64,000 nt of DNA from Eledone cirrhosa (GCA_964016885.1 OZ024757.1:24490001-24554000); one strand, 5' to 3'; positions 13,050 through 27,143 are shown, counted from the stretch's first letter. Notes: generated by a model not told the origin, from the letters alone. Made by a program: numbers and translations.

Positions 13050-13920
13050 CTCAGTTTAGAAAGGCCCTAAGAAAACCCTGATCAGTAAAACTTACCCCTT
13101 TAAGGAAACCTGCTGTACAAATAATAAATGTGTAATATGTAGAGTAAGTCCACAAATAAATTGTATAACTAGAAATGTAGTCTATAGCATAAGATGTACA
13201 GAGCGTGCCTGCAGAAACATGATAACAAGGTACATAGGAGAGACAGCCTGTAGCATAGGAGAGAGGTTAGATGAACACTGGAGTGAACTCAAAGGACAGA
13301 CAGACAATTCAGTACTATGAACATGCCAGACTAAAACATGATGGTAAAATAGACATCATAGAAGTTAAAATAAACATAGGAATGACTCGACAATTAGACG
13401 AAATAAAGAGGCTACAGAAATAGAATTTAAGAAAACCTAAGCCGAACAGAAAACATGAATGGAATAACAACTATACACAAACACACACAAGTGACCAAAT
13501 GTAGAATATAAACACATAAACACTTACAGACTCAGTCACAAACACACAAGCACACACCAAACAGAATACATGCACACAAATGCATATGCCAAGAGAGAAA
13601 TAAATAAATAAAAAACATTATAGGAACACAATGGATGGAAACATGATAATCACTGAAGATGTCACAGATATGTGTGATGAAAGAACTTTGAGAAACTATA
13701 TTTATATTTTTAACTGTTGGTCAATCAATGAGAAACATTTATTGCCAGCTAAATTATTTTTAGAAATATAAAAATATACTGAAGCAAAAACCAAACCAAA
13801 CAGTGAGTGTGTTTTACTATATTTTGTTAATATTAGGACATCACCCACCCCAAATATAACAATATCTGTTTCAACACACGATTTCATATCAAAAACCTTA
13901 CAAAAAAATACATCACAGCA
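13050..13920 (+). mobile_element. Penelope-like element 3' relic: C-terminal GIY-YIG endonuclease, degenerate hammerhead, 3' end
   Basis: CCTNNKCVIC...RNVVYSIRCTERACRNMITRYIGETACSIGERLDEH (about 13090-13300), then frameshifted; CTGAAGA-GTCAC..GTGAT-GAAA at 13653-13682. Similar 3' remnant at 15395-15570. Confidence 0.8.
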
Positions 13921-13930
13921 TATGTATATA

Positions 13931-14145
13931 TACAGGGTGTTTCAAAAAATTTAATATTATTTGAGATGTAAATATCCCAGAAACTCCAAGGTCGAGGACA
14001 ACAAGACTAAGCAGGCTCCATGTTGAGTAACACAAAATATATTCCTCAAAGCATGTCCATGTTATAACATTAATTTACAATATATATTTCAATGTGACAA
14101 CCTTGGGAACAAGCCATTGATATCAAATTTTTTGAAACACACTGT
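13931..14145. mobile_element. Tc1/mariner MITE
   Basis: TA|CAGGGTGTTTCAAAAAATTT ... AAATTTTTTGAAACACACTG|TA; similar small MITE at 61500-61615. Confidence 0.75.
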
Positions 14146-14399
14146 ATATATATACACATATATACTTATACATATATATACGTATATATATACATAGGTG
14201 TCACAACAAAAGGCACCCAGTACTCACTGTAAATGTGGTTGGCATTAGGAAAGGCATCCAGCTGTACAAACCAACCCAAAATCAGTTCTGTGTGAGCAAG
14301 AAATGGTCACCTGACCTGACTTATCTCACAACAGCAGGACAACTTGTCTAACCCATGTTAGTGTGGAAAAATGGATATTAAACAGTGATGATGATGATG

Positions 14400-14419
<20 letters not shown>

Positions 14420-14430
<11 letters not shown>

Positions 14431-15001
14431 TGAGGATGTCTGTCTATGTGTGTATGAGTGTATTACTTATGTTTCAGGGAGTGTTATGCACATAAAAAAA
14501 TTCAACTTTTTGATCTCCTAGGGTCTGCATTAGGTGAAAAACTGCATTTTTTAAAGCTTTTTAGGGGTTTTTTGAGGCGTTAAGTCAGACCGATTTCCTT
14601 GAAATTGTAACAATGTATTAGTCAGTCTCTTCTTCATACCGTGAGCAAAGAAAATCCAACTTTTTTATGGCCTAGGGCCCGCATTAGGTGAAAAACTTCA
14701 TTTTTTCAGCTTTTTAGGGCTTTTTGGATGTGCTACGTCTAGCCAATTTTCCCGAAATTTCAAGGCATATTATGCTCATGAAAAGAATTCCTTTTCTTGA
14801 TCCACTAGGACCCGCATTAGGTGAAAACCTGCATTTTTCCTGCTTCATCAAGGAAAATCTTAAAGATTATCCAGCCATCAGAGTATTCGGTTTATTTTCT
14901 TTACATATTGTCCAGGCATGCGGTTTTTTCCACGATTAGGTCTGTTGGCGGCCCGCATTCCAAAATACCTTATCCCGTGCAATGCTGGGTACCACTGCTA
15001 G
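14420..15001 (+). mobile_element. Non-autonomous Helitron-like element
   Basis: 3' GC hairpin CCCGTGCAATGCTGGG followed by CTAG|T; internal diverged repeats (GCATTAGGTGAAAA x3). Confidence 0.7.
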
Positions 15002-15036
<35 letters not shown>

Positions 15037-16054
15037 CAATATATACATACATATATGTGAGTGTCTGTGTGTTTATGCAGATGTATATGTTGTGGACATA
15101 TATATGTATGCGTGTGTCTATCTCCAAAGCTGTGTTTACATGTTACACTGCTTAACAAAGGTGATATTTGTTGATCTCTTGTAAGTTTGCAGTTCAATAA
15201 ATAGAAATCAATAAAATGAAAGTGTTATGTTATAAAGAAATAGTTAGAGATCAATATAATTGACTTTTAGTAATACACAAACACACACACACACACACAC
15301 AATTACACAGATACACACAGAGACCAGAAACACTCTGGGAAAGGACAAGATGGAATAAATAGAACAAAAGAGATAAAGAGCAGCAAGAATAGTCATTGAG
15401 AAGGTCATAGGATGTGTGATGAAAGAGTTTTGACAATTAACAATTAAACAATTATCTGGTTACTCAACTAACCAATGAGTGGATTAGTTACTCAACTAAT
15501 AATATACTGAGGTGGAACTCAACTGGTGTTTGTGTTTTTATTGACAGCATGACACTACCAAAGTATAACAATATATATATGCATATATATGCATATATAT
15601 GTAAATATCGGTTATATTGAATAATAATAATAATAATTTTCTACTTTTGGCACAAGGCCAGCAATTATCCCAGTGTATTACTGGTACTTTATTTTATCGA
15701 CCCCGTAAGGATGAAAGGCAAAATAATTGAAATATGTGATTTGTTTACAAGCAAATGGCCTCACTATGCTTTGTTTTTGATGACTATCGTCATCCATGTG
15801 TTCAACAGTAGCATCGAGGAACTTTCAACATGTTTCTGGGTCATTCCCCTTCATTGGGACTGTATGCCTCTCTGCTACTCGACTGAACTGTTGAAAATAT
15901 ATAGTATTTTCTAATGTATACATCGGCTGATTAGCCACATTTGCATACTGAAGACCCTCTCCCTGCTATTTCAAGCGTAAACCTAATATATTCCTTCCAT
16001 ATACTGTACCGATTGTGTTGTTATTTCTGTTTACCTTTTACATATATATATATA

Positions 16055-17040
16055 TAACTAAGAATATAGATTTTATATGTGGCCGGTGCTCAGGTGTAAT
16101 AAGTAGCAGCAAGTGCCCACAGAATACTAGCCCATTCCATTGCACAGATGGTTCTATAGAAATAGTGGACACCTTCCGTTACCTGGGTGACAAAATCAGC
16201 AGTGGTGGAGGGTGCTCTGAAAGTACAGTAGCTAAGTCAGAACGGGGTGGAAAAAGTTCAGAGAGCTTATACCACTATTGGCCGCTAAAGGTTTCTCTCT
16301 AAAAATGAAAGGCAGGCTGTATGATGCCTGCATACGAACAGCAATGTTACATGGCAGTGAGACTTGGGCATTGTGTGCAGAGGATCTACGCAGACTGGAG
16401 AGGAACGAAGCTTGCATGCTCCATTGGATGTGTAATAGTAATATACGTGAACGGCAAAACATAAATGAACTAAGTGAGAAATTAGGAATAAGAGGGATCA
16501 GATGCTGTTTACTTGAGAGAAGACTACATTGGTATGGTCACGTGATGCGCATGAAAGACGACAGCTGTATAAAAAAGTACAGGGCGATCAAAATAGACGG
16601 TAGCCACGGAGTAGGCAGACCCAGAAAAACCTGGGACGACTTGATAAATTCCGACCTCATACACTTACAACTCTCCAAGACAATGTCACTGGACCGAGAT
16701 CTTTGGCGCTACGCAGTAATACAGAAGACCCGCCTTGCCTAAGTGCAAAGCAAAACCTACAGTCAGTAGGCACCTCTTACCAAAATACACCCCCGTCCCA
16801 CTACCCCCACTCCATCCACACCACCCCCTTCCGATGTTAAGTTATATTGGTACCACAACATCCAGTCCTAAATAAATGAGGTCGTGTAGGTGTCACGACA
16901 AAAAAACACAACAGTCCACGCTGTAATGTGGCCATGTAGGTAACACGGTAAAAACCTCCCAGTCCACACTGTAAACGTGGTTGGCGTTAGGAAGGGCATC
17001 TAGCCGTAGAAAACCCACCAGACAGTCCTGAGCAAGACAA
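16055..17040 (+). mobile_element. 5'-truncated RTE copy of the 3890-7295 family
   Basis: TKNIDFICGRC...AMLHGSETW...KTRLA* with a frameshift, plus 3' UTR; other 3' pieces at 42030-42432 and 46762-47210. Confidence 0.9.
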
Positions 17041-17439
17041 CCAAATGTTCATTCTTACTATTATTCCAGAATTTTGGGACACACAGTATGTATATATTGT
17101 TTTTTTCCAACCCTGGGCCTTCTTACTCCTGTTGAAGAAACCCCTCCCTGGATGACTTCCACCACTTGGTACTGTCACAGGAGTGTAGCCGTACTCACCA
17201 CACATGGCCAATTGCGGGTTGGTGTGGCTATTTACCCCATAGTTAGGATGGATGACCATTGATGCTGAGAAGGTCGCCTGCCCTTTTAATAGCTCTTGCT
17301 TCTTGTGCTGCTGGGATTCCACTCACCCTTCTCACCAGACCAGGGTCTGGTGGAGGAGCTGGTTTAGTCACTGACCACTCAACAATGAAGATGTCAGTAG
17401 CTGGCAGAAGTCTGACCTGACCAAGCACAGGAGTATATT

Positions 17440-17665
17440 TAACCCTTTAGCATTTACATTACACTATATATACTGTTGTATTTTTGTGGTAAAAGAATTA
17501 TCTCACATCGAATTATCTCACATCGAATCTACGAGATTTTGATGTTATTTATTTTGAGAACAATACCTTAATGTCAGTATGAGCAACCAGTTACAGCTTG
17601 TTTGAACAGAAAGAGGTGAGAGAATTCTGGCCAGATACAGCTGATTTAAATGCTAAAGGGTTAAA
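17440..17665. mobile_element. piggyBac-type MITE
   Basis: TTAA|CCCTTTAGCATTT ... AAATGCTAAAGGGG|TTAA; homologue at 59418-59632. Confidence 0.75.
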
Positions 17666-18699
17666 AATTCTTTTTTTCTTTAATCTGGCAGAATAAATAT
17701 TTTGTTTACATTAAGTGTTATCAACTATTACCAGTTTTGGTTGGTCTGTCAATCTTATTAAATATTTAAAAAGTCTTCATACTTTGTAGCAAACATTGAA
17801 GAGTCTAGTTTGAGGATTCCATTTTCTCTCCCTCTCATCAGCCATGAGGGAGGAGGGGCTGAAGAAAGACATGGCCTTTCCATCCTTCATAAGAAAAGGA
17901 AAGGAGCTGATCATCAGATCATACCAAGGAAACAATGTTTCCATTGGTCTTTCCATTGACAATACTATCTGACAGAAGAAAGGAACTGATCATCAGATCA
18001 TACCAAGGAAACAATGTTTCCATTGGTCTTTCCATTGACAATACTATCTGACAGAAGAAAGGAACTGATCATCAGATCAGATCAAGGAAACATTTCCATT
18101 GGTCTTTCCGGTGCTAATACTATCTGTCAGTTACAACTCCAGGTAGGAGAAAGGAGCTGATCATCAGATCAGACCAAGGAAACTATGCCTCAGTCACAAC
18201 TCCCAAAATTTGATTACATAAATTCCAGTGCTTTGAGGTCAGTAATATGAAAAAAATCAAAGACTACGATATTTTTCAAGCAGAAAACATTTAAATATTT
18301 TCACTATTTCTTAATATACTATTAGGTGGTGGTGGTGGTGGTGGTGGTGGCAGCGGCAGTGGAGTGTAGGGGTGCAAAGTGTGAGAAAAACAAACATACA
18401 TGGTTACTGAAGTGAGAGAGACACACCCACATCTGTTCAATATAATGAAAGAGTCACTGTGTACAGATATGTTTCACCATCATCATCACCATTTCATGGC
18501 TATTTTCCACGCTTGCATGGGTTAGACGAGTTCTCATGCTCTGAGGGTAGACAGAGAGGTCAAATGACTGATTCTTTCTCATACATTCTGTACCCAACCA
18601 CTTCAGGGTGTGTACCAGGTTTGTTTTCTTACAACACGAGCACTACCACCTGAAAGGATGGCCTGGGTGATTTTGTCATGGCACCAGTACAACCACATT

Positions 18700-19017
18700 A
18701 CAAGGGGAACTGGATGCTTTTGTTGTGGCACCAGCACTACCACTTTACTGAGAGGACAGGGTGCTTTTGTTGTGGCACCAGCACTACCACTTTACTGAGA
18801 GGACAGGGTGCTTTTGTTGTGGCACCAGCACTACCACTTTACTGAGTGGACTGGGTGCTTTTGTTGTGGCACCAGCACTAAAACTTTACTGAGTGGACTG
18901 GGTGCTTTTGTTGTGGCACCAGCACTACCACTTTACTGAGTGGACTGGGTGCTTTTGTTGTGGCACCAGCACTACCACTTTACTGAGTGGACTGGGTGCT
19001 TTTGTTGTGGCACCAGC
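18700..19017. repeat. 47-bp minisatellite
   Basis: Unit GGCACCAGCACTACCACTTTACTGAGTGGACTGGGTGCTTTTGTTGT; related arrays at 60120-60560 and 45120-45540 (opposite strand); motif also occurs in the SINE/RTE 3' UTR. Confidence 0.85.
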
Positions 19018-19169
19018 TAAGTAGTGAGTCTTGTTACTTTATAGTTTCACCTCTGCACTCACAGGATCATCAGACGAGGCAATCTGTCTGTTGGTCCTCT
19101 GAGTATACAGGTGAAACCCAAGAGTAAGTAGACTGATTACTGAGCCATAATAAGAAAAATATTAAAACA

Positions 19170-19770
19170 TTCACTGGGAATAGCTGGCTGTGGTTGGATT
19201 TTATGTACTTTTGCATGTCGTTTGAGCTCACCGCCTGATCTACATTCTCTACCACATGCTTGACAGGCATGATGAGTAACATCTCCAACAGCAGCCTGGT
19301 AGTCAACCACTGGTCTCACTTTATGACTGCGTAGATGACTTTCAAGTCCAGCTTTGCTGAGGCATTACTCGCACAGACGCTGCATGGCCACTACTTTATA
19401 TCCATTTAGGAGAACCCCTACTGATGCGCTGAATGAGTGTGACTTTTTAGTCCAGCCAGTGACTTGTAAACTCTGGTACAAAGACTACACTTGTGACAAT
19501 TATTGACACATAGTGCTGGGCCCATGGTACCATGTGACGACAAGTGCAGAGAGATCTCCAGATATAAAGCAATGCCTGTGCCGTGAAGCTTTTGTAGTGA
19601 GCAAAGGCACTGCACAAAGCCAGTCCCACTCTCTTAACCAAGATGATATTTACCAAAAAGAAGAACAAGTCAACATCATTGGATACCATCAGGGTTGCAG
19701 GTGTTATATCAGAGTTTTCCTTCTCCTAGAATTCTGCCTTGACAAAAGCTAAGGGGTCATCTCTCCCGGA
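19170..19770 (-). mobile_element. Zinc-finger element copy fused to two additional C2H2 fingers
   Basis: CSLC..SHTHSAH, then CLSKAGLESHLRSH and CQACGRECRSGGELKRHAKVH. Confidence 0.65.
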
Positions 19771-22700
19771 TATATATATACATACATATATATATATATA
19801 TATATAAATTATTACAAATGTAAGCTATTGCCGTATATTGACTAAAGAAATTAAATAAATTATTTAGCCTGATAGTGGGGTTAAGAACCCTCGGAGAAAT
19901 GGAAAAAGATAAGTATTGACGTACATGGTGTTGGTGGTGGTAGGGGTTGCATTAGTGGTATTGGTGGTGGTGGTGGTGGTGATTGTTGTATTGGTGTTGG
20001 TGGTGGTAGCGGTTGTATTAGTGGTATTGGTGGTAGGGGTGGTAGGGGTTGTATTAGTGGTATTGGTGGTGGTGGTGGTGGTGATTGTTGTATTGGTGGT
20101 GATGACTGTTGTTGTTGTTGTGGTGGTGGTGGTACAATCTGTAACAGTAATGAGTGGGGGAAGGGCTAATGTGAAAGCTGGAATGCAGATCAGCAACCTT
20201 GTAATTCCACACCCACACATACATATACACAGTACAACACACCAAATACACACACACATACATAAGTTTCTTAAGAAAGCCAAACACCTTAACAGAAAAG
20301 ACTTCATATATTATATATATATATATATATATATTCTGAGTTCAAATCCCGCCGAGGTTAACTTTGCCTTTCATCCGTATGGGGTCGATAAAATAAAGTA
20401 CCAGTACTGGGTAATTGCTGGCCTTGTGCAAAAGTAGAAACAATTATATATATATATATATATTATATATATATCTTTTATTATATATATATATATTATA
20501 TATCTTTTTTATATATATATATTATATATATATAAATCTTTTTTTTATATATATATATATAGAGGCACATGGCTTAGTGGTTAGAGCATTGGCCTTGCAA
20601 TCGAAAAGTTGTGAGTTCAATTCTCAGACTGGGTGATGTGTTGTTTCCTTGAGCAAGACACTTTATTTCACATTGCTCCAGTTTACTCAGCTGTAGAAAT
20701 GAGATGATAGGGACTGGAGTCCCTTTCATTCCACTGCAAAGTCGTTGTGGAGGTATATGGCAAAAAAGCACCCAGCACTCACTGTAAATGAGGTTGGTGT
20801 TAGGAAGGGCATCCAGCTGTAGAAATCAAGCCAGAATCAGTTCCCGTCCCACCCTTGCAAGCAGGGAAAAGCGGACGTAAAATGAAATGATGATATCTTT
20901 TTTATATATATATCTTTTTTTATATATATATATCTTTTTATATATATATATTTTATATATATATTTTTCTCTTTTTATATATATATTTTTTTAATATATA
21001 TTTTATATATATATGTACTGTTTATTAAAATAACAGATTAAAGTTTAAGCAAAGAATCACTGCTTTCACCCTTAACGGGATCTTCTGAAACTATGTACAG
21101 ATTTTCGAATTTATTGACTTTCAACAGCCTGTAATAAATTTGCAAAAACAATATCTAAAAATAAGTTTAATTCAAATATTTATAGAATCTTTACTGGTGG
21201 ACAGATTATTATGAACATTTACAATATTAGAGTAAAACCTGTAATTTTTTAAGTAATGATCACAGTCCTTTTTTTTTTTTTCAACTACATGACATTTAAG
21301 AGTTAAACTAACATTGTAAGCAGCTGGTATTTTTTTCTAATAAAATATTTATCGGACACCTGACAGTTATTCTGAAGATTTGCAATATTAACTTTTTGGT
21401 AACCAACCCAGCCAAAACTATCTGGTTCTACGAAATAAAACCACCCATTTTAAAGGTTTTTAATTCAAATTAAAATCTTCCAACATAATTTTATATAGGA
21501 ACCTTACATTGAATTACTATCTTAGTTATGGAATAATTAATAATATTTGTAAATCCCTCAAAATTCTTCATTAATTAAAATATAATGTATTTCATTAGAA
21601 ATGCAGTCATAAAAGTGTTAAATAAAGACTTTAATGTTTAATGTAAGGCAGTCATAGTACTGTTTTATACTTTTCAAGAATGACTAGCTAACATGGTTTC
21701 ATGTGGTTTGTTAATTCAAATATTTATAGCATTGGACAGATTGTTGAGAAAATTAGATGTATTAGGGCAAAGACTTTAATTTATAATTGTTTCTACTTTT
21801 GGCACAAGGCCAACAATTATTCCAGTGTATTACTGGTACTTTATTTTATCGACCCCGTAAGGATGAAAGGCAAAGTTAACCTCGGTAGGATTTGAACTCA
21901 GACCATAAAAGGCTGTAACTCTTTGCTCCAAAGCATGGCGTCCGACCCTCTTCCAATACTGCCAATCCACTGCCCTTTAATTTATAACATGATGTAATCA
22001 TAGTGCTGTTTTGTACTTTTCAAGAATGTCTTGCTAATGTAGTTTTATGTGGTACAGGATGTAAGAGTTAATCAGAACTATATGTAACTGGACTGAAGTA
22101 TTTTCTATACCTGATAAATATTTCTATATTCACCACATACATTTCTTTTACAGATAAACCACCGAGGCATGTGGTACTTAAAGACAATTTCACCTTTTCA
22201 AAGATTGAAAGGATAACACAGGGTTTCCTGTTGCACCTAAGAACATAGGGGTCACATCCTCCCCTAACTTTATGTTACAAAATAACACAAATTAATTCAA
22301 TAGAGACCTACTTTTATTTTTACACTTTTTTTTCTTCTTTTAATAAATAAATAATCCTTCACACACACATATATATATATATATATATAGTGCAAAATGG
22401 GAGCCAGCCTAAGAAAATATAACACCAACACATCCCTGCAACAAAAGAACCTCACAGCCCCATTAAATTTTGTGATAAGCCCTTTTCTGCATCATGAGAC
22501 CAAAAGCAGCATTTTCCACCTTCTAAAATGTTTCCTAGAGGCTCTGTGTGTATCTCTTTCTTTTTCTCTCTCCCTTTCTTCCTCTATATATACATATATG
22601 TGTGCGTGTGTACATATATTTTATGAATATATATATATTTTTTTTATTAATATATATGTGTGTGTGTGTTTTATGTGTGTATATAATATATATATTAAAT

Positions 22701-23042
22701 CAAGATTATATCATTTTATGACGCTACCAATCTCTCGCTTGACTGATTTGGCAAACTAGTAGTGGTAGCATGTCAATAGCTGTATAGGGACCAATTCCTT
22801 TTAATGAAAATATACAAGTTAAAAAGGCACAAAAAAATATGAACATATATATACATACACATACATATATACACACACATATAAACATATATATATATAT
22901 ACAAACACACACACACATATAAACATATACAAACACACACACACATATAAACATATACAAACACACACACACATATAAACATATATATACATATACAAAC
23001 ACACATATAAACATATATATATACATATACAAACACACACAG

Positions 23043-23083
<41 letters not shown>

Positions 23084-23091
23084 AACACACG

Positions 23092-23133
<42 letters not shown>

Positions 23134-23394
23134 CCACAGATGCACTCAGCCATACTAAAACAGTAACTTTACATGAAAGATGAAATGTTTTTATAACATA
23201 ACAACAACAATAAAAGAATTGCAACGATGGATGAGTGACAACTAAACATTGACTGTGTATGTGTGTGTGTATGTATGTGAGTGTGTATGTATGTATGAGT
23301 ATGTATGTAGGCGGGAGTATGTGTGCACATATATATATATATGTTTATGTACATATGCAATATATAGACACACACACACATATATATATATATA

Positions 23395-26389
23395 TCATCA
23401 TCATCATCAACGTTTAACGTCCGTGTTCCACGCTTGCATGGGTTTGGACGGGGGTAGTCCCACTTGAGGCAAGAGTGGTTGTCTTGCTCGCATAGGACTG
23501 TCTGGCAGGTTTTCTACAGTTGGATGCCCTTCCTAACACCAACCACATTTACAGTGTGGGTCTGGGAGGTTTTTACCGTGTTGCCTACACGGCCACATTA
23601 CAGCGTGGACTGTGTGTTTTTTTGTCGTGACACCTAGACGATCTCATTTGTTTCGGCCTGGATGGCGCGGCACCAACATAACTTTACATAGAACGGGGTG
23701 GTGTGGATGGGGTGGGGGTGGTGGTGGTGGGACGGGGTGTATTTTGTTAGAGATGCCTACTGGCTGGAGTAGGTTTTACTATATATTTAGGTAAGGCGGG
23801 TCTTCTCTGTTACTGAGTACCGCCAAAGGTCTCGGTCCAGTGACATTGTCTTGGAGAGGTGTAAGTGTGTGATGTCGGAGTTTATCAGCTCGTCCCAGGT
23901 TTTTCTAGGTCTGCCTATTCCGTGACTACCGTCTATCTTTATTGCCCTGCACTTTGTTATACAGCTATCGACTTTCATGCGCATCACGTGTCCATACCAA
24001 CGTAGCCTTCTCTCGAGTAAACAATATCTGATCCCTCTTATCTCTAATTTTTTCCTTAGTTCGTTTATGCTTTGCCGTTCACGTATATTACTGTTACACA
24101 TCCAGCGGAGCATGCAAGCTTCGTTCCTCTCTAGTCTGCGTATATCCTCTGCACACAATGCCCAGGTCTCACTGCCATGCAGCATTGCTGTTCGTATGCA
24201 GGCATCGTACAACCTGCCTTTCATTTTTAGGGAGAACCCTTTAGCAGCTAATAGTGGTATAAGCTCTCTGAACTTTTTCCAACCAGTTCTGACTCTAGCT
24301 ACAGTACTTTCAGAGCACCCTCGTCTGCGTATAGGAGTTCCCATGGGCAGCCTGTCTTGAACTCCTCTGTTATAGCCTGAAGGGCAATAATAAATAGTAG
24401 GGGGCTGAGAACAGAGCCCTGATGGACGCCAACTTTTACGCTAAACTCTTCACTATATTCGTTGTTAATTCTAACCTTGCTGACTGTTTCTTTATACATG
24501 GCTTGTATAGCCCTCGCAAGCCATTCGTCAATGCCTAGTTTTCTAAGAGCCCACCAGATAATGGAGCGGAGGACTCTGTCGAAGGCTTTCTCCAAGTCGA
24601 CAAAAGCTAAGTAGAGGGGTTTACCTTTAGCTAGGTACTTCTCCTGTAGTTGTCGTACTATGAAAAGAGCGTCTGTGGTACTTTTGCCTGACACAAACCC
24701 GAACTGCATTTCATCTAGGTCAATTCTCTCTCTGATTAGTTGCGCTATTACTTTTTCCGTGACCTTCATGACCTGGTCGATTAATTTAATGCCTCTATAG
24801 TTACTCCTATCTAGGGCGTCTCCTTTACCCTTATAACAGTTAACGATGATGCTGCTATGCCAGTCCTTCGGAACAACCCCATTCTGTACGACTTGGTTAA
24901 CTATGCGGGTGACCATGGTGTGTCCCACCGTGCCAGATGCCTTCAGCATCTCAGCAACTATTTCCGAAGGCCCAGCCGCCTTACCCGTCTTCATATCCTT
25001 GATTGCCTTACTTATTATACTCCCCTCGACTAACACTGCTGGTCCCTCTATTGGGTCGATATGGGGGAGACTGTCTTTCTCCCATTTATTCTCCTCATTT
25101 AGTAGCCTTTCATAGTGACACTTCCAAGCTACCTTCTTATCAGCGTCGGTGATGGCAAGTGTGCCATCGTCGTTTAGTACACACTTCTCCCCGACAATAT
25201 CACGGTTTTCCTTGACGCATTGCCTAGCAATCCTGAACACCTCACCGTTTTGGTCATCGCGTTGTAGAACATGCTTGAACTTTCTTTCCTCAGCTTCCCT
25301 TCTTGCTAAGTACACTTGTCTCCTAGCTTCCCTCCTGGCCACTTGATAGTCTTCTCTACTTCCCCCATCCCGCCATACTTTCCAAGCCTGCTTTTTGGCC
25401 TTAATTGACCCCTCCACCTTACTGTTCCACCACCATGTTACTCTCCTCCTGCCTACAGGCCTGCTCCAGCCACAGACTTCGTCTGTCGCCAACAGCAGGT
25501 TTGCTTTCAGAAATTCCCACTCTCCCTTTTTCTTGTCCGACTCTAAATGTTCTTCCTTACTGTCGAAAGCACCAAGTAATATGCTTTGAAATTTATTCCT
25601 GGCTGTGGGGTCCTTTAGCTTCCATATTTTTCTCCTGAGGATAGTCCTCTTCTGCTGTCGAGTACGTCTCGTCCTGACTATGAGGTCGCTAATTATCAGT
25701 CTATGTTGGGAGGTGCATTCTTCATGGGGGAGGGATTTAGTGTTTACAACAGACACTCTGTCACGTCTTCTGGTAAGGATATAATCTACCTGGCTTGTGT
25801 GTTCCCCGGATCTATAGGTGATCAGGTGATTGTCACGTTTTTTGAAGTTAGTGTTACAGATAGTTAGGTTATTTGCATCACAGAATTCCAGGATTCTGGA
25901 GCCTTCCTCATTTCTAGTACCAAACCCATAGCCTCCATGGATTTCGTCGTAGCCGTCACAATGTTGTCCAACGTGACCATTTAGGTCGCCTGCAATAATT
26001 ATATAGTCACTGTCGGATATTTGGGAGGTAGTTAGCATCAGTGTCTCATAGAATCTGTCTTTTATAGTGCCGGGCAGTCCGGATTGGGGTGCGTACGCAG
26101 ATATTACTGTCACCGTAGTTCTATTGAGGACAAGTCGTATTTTAATTATTCTGTCGTTCACTCTATTTACGTCTATTATCTTATCTGCCCACTTTTCTGC
26201 TACCATGATTCCTACTCCACCCAGCCCATCGTCGTTTCCCACCCAGAAAAGCTTATAACATCGTTTTTTACCCTCAATGAACCTAGCAGACCCACCCCTC
26301 CACCTGGTCTCTTGAATACAACAAACATCGACCTCCTTACGTTCAAGCATTTCTACAACCTCGTTAGCGCGACCCTTTAGGGTGCCTAC

Positions 26390-26392
<3 letters not shown>
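23395..26392 (-). mobile_element. RTE LINE copy 2, near-identical to 3890-7295, with 412-bp internal deletion
   Basis: ORFs 24299-26350 and 23787-24344; junction YAD|EG at about 24321; (GAT)n tail at 23395. Confidence 0.95.
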
Positions 26393-26437
<45 letters not shown>

Positions 26438-26461
26438 CTATATATATATATGTGTGTGTCT

Positions 26462-27072
26462 TATGTCAGGTCACCAGTTGGTGCTACTGGTAACATGTAT
26501 CCCAGTATAACCTGTCTCATGGTCGGGTCGTTGGCGACTAAACTGACAACCCCACCAAGGTTTCTTGGTGAGGAGGCTGACTTTGGACATCCTGCAGGAC
26601 TAAAAACAAAACCTGTCAAAGAGCAAAGGAGCTCTTAAGAGTCAATGGCCATCCAAAATCACCGGGAGAGATGACCCCCTTAGCCTTTGTCAAGGCAGAA
26701 TTCTAGGAGAAGGAAAACTCTGATATAACACCTGCAACCCTGATGGTATCCAATGATGTTGACTTGTTCTTCTTTTTGGTAAATATCTTGGTTAAGAAAG
26801 TGGGACTGGCTTTGTGCAGTGCCTTTGCTCACTATAAAAGCTTCACGGCACAGGCATTGCTTTATATCTGGAGATCTCTCTGCACTTGTCATCACATGGT
26901 ACCATGGGCCCAGCACTATGTGTCAATAATTGTCACAAGTGTAGTGTTTGTACCAGAGATTTCAAATCGCTGGCTGGACTAAAAAGTCACACTCGTTCAG
27001 CGCATCGGTAGGGGTTCTCCTACATGGATATAAAGTAGTGGCCGTACTCGAAAACGAGTTGGCAGCCACCAT
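26462..27072 (+). mobile_element. Zinc-finger non-autonomous element copy 3
   Basis: Colinear with reverse complement of 8225-8840. Confidence 0.7.
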
Positions 27073-27112
27073 ATGTGTGTCTATATATTGCATATGCAAT
27101 ATATAGACACAC

Positions 27113-27143
<31 letters not shown>

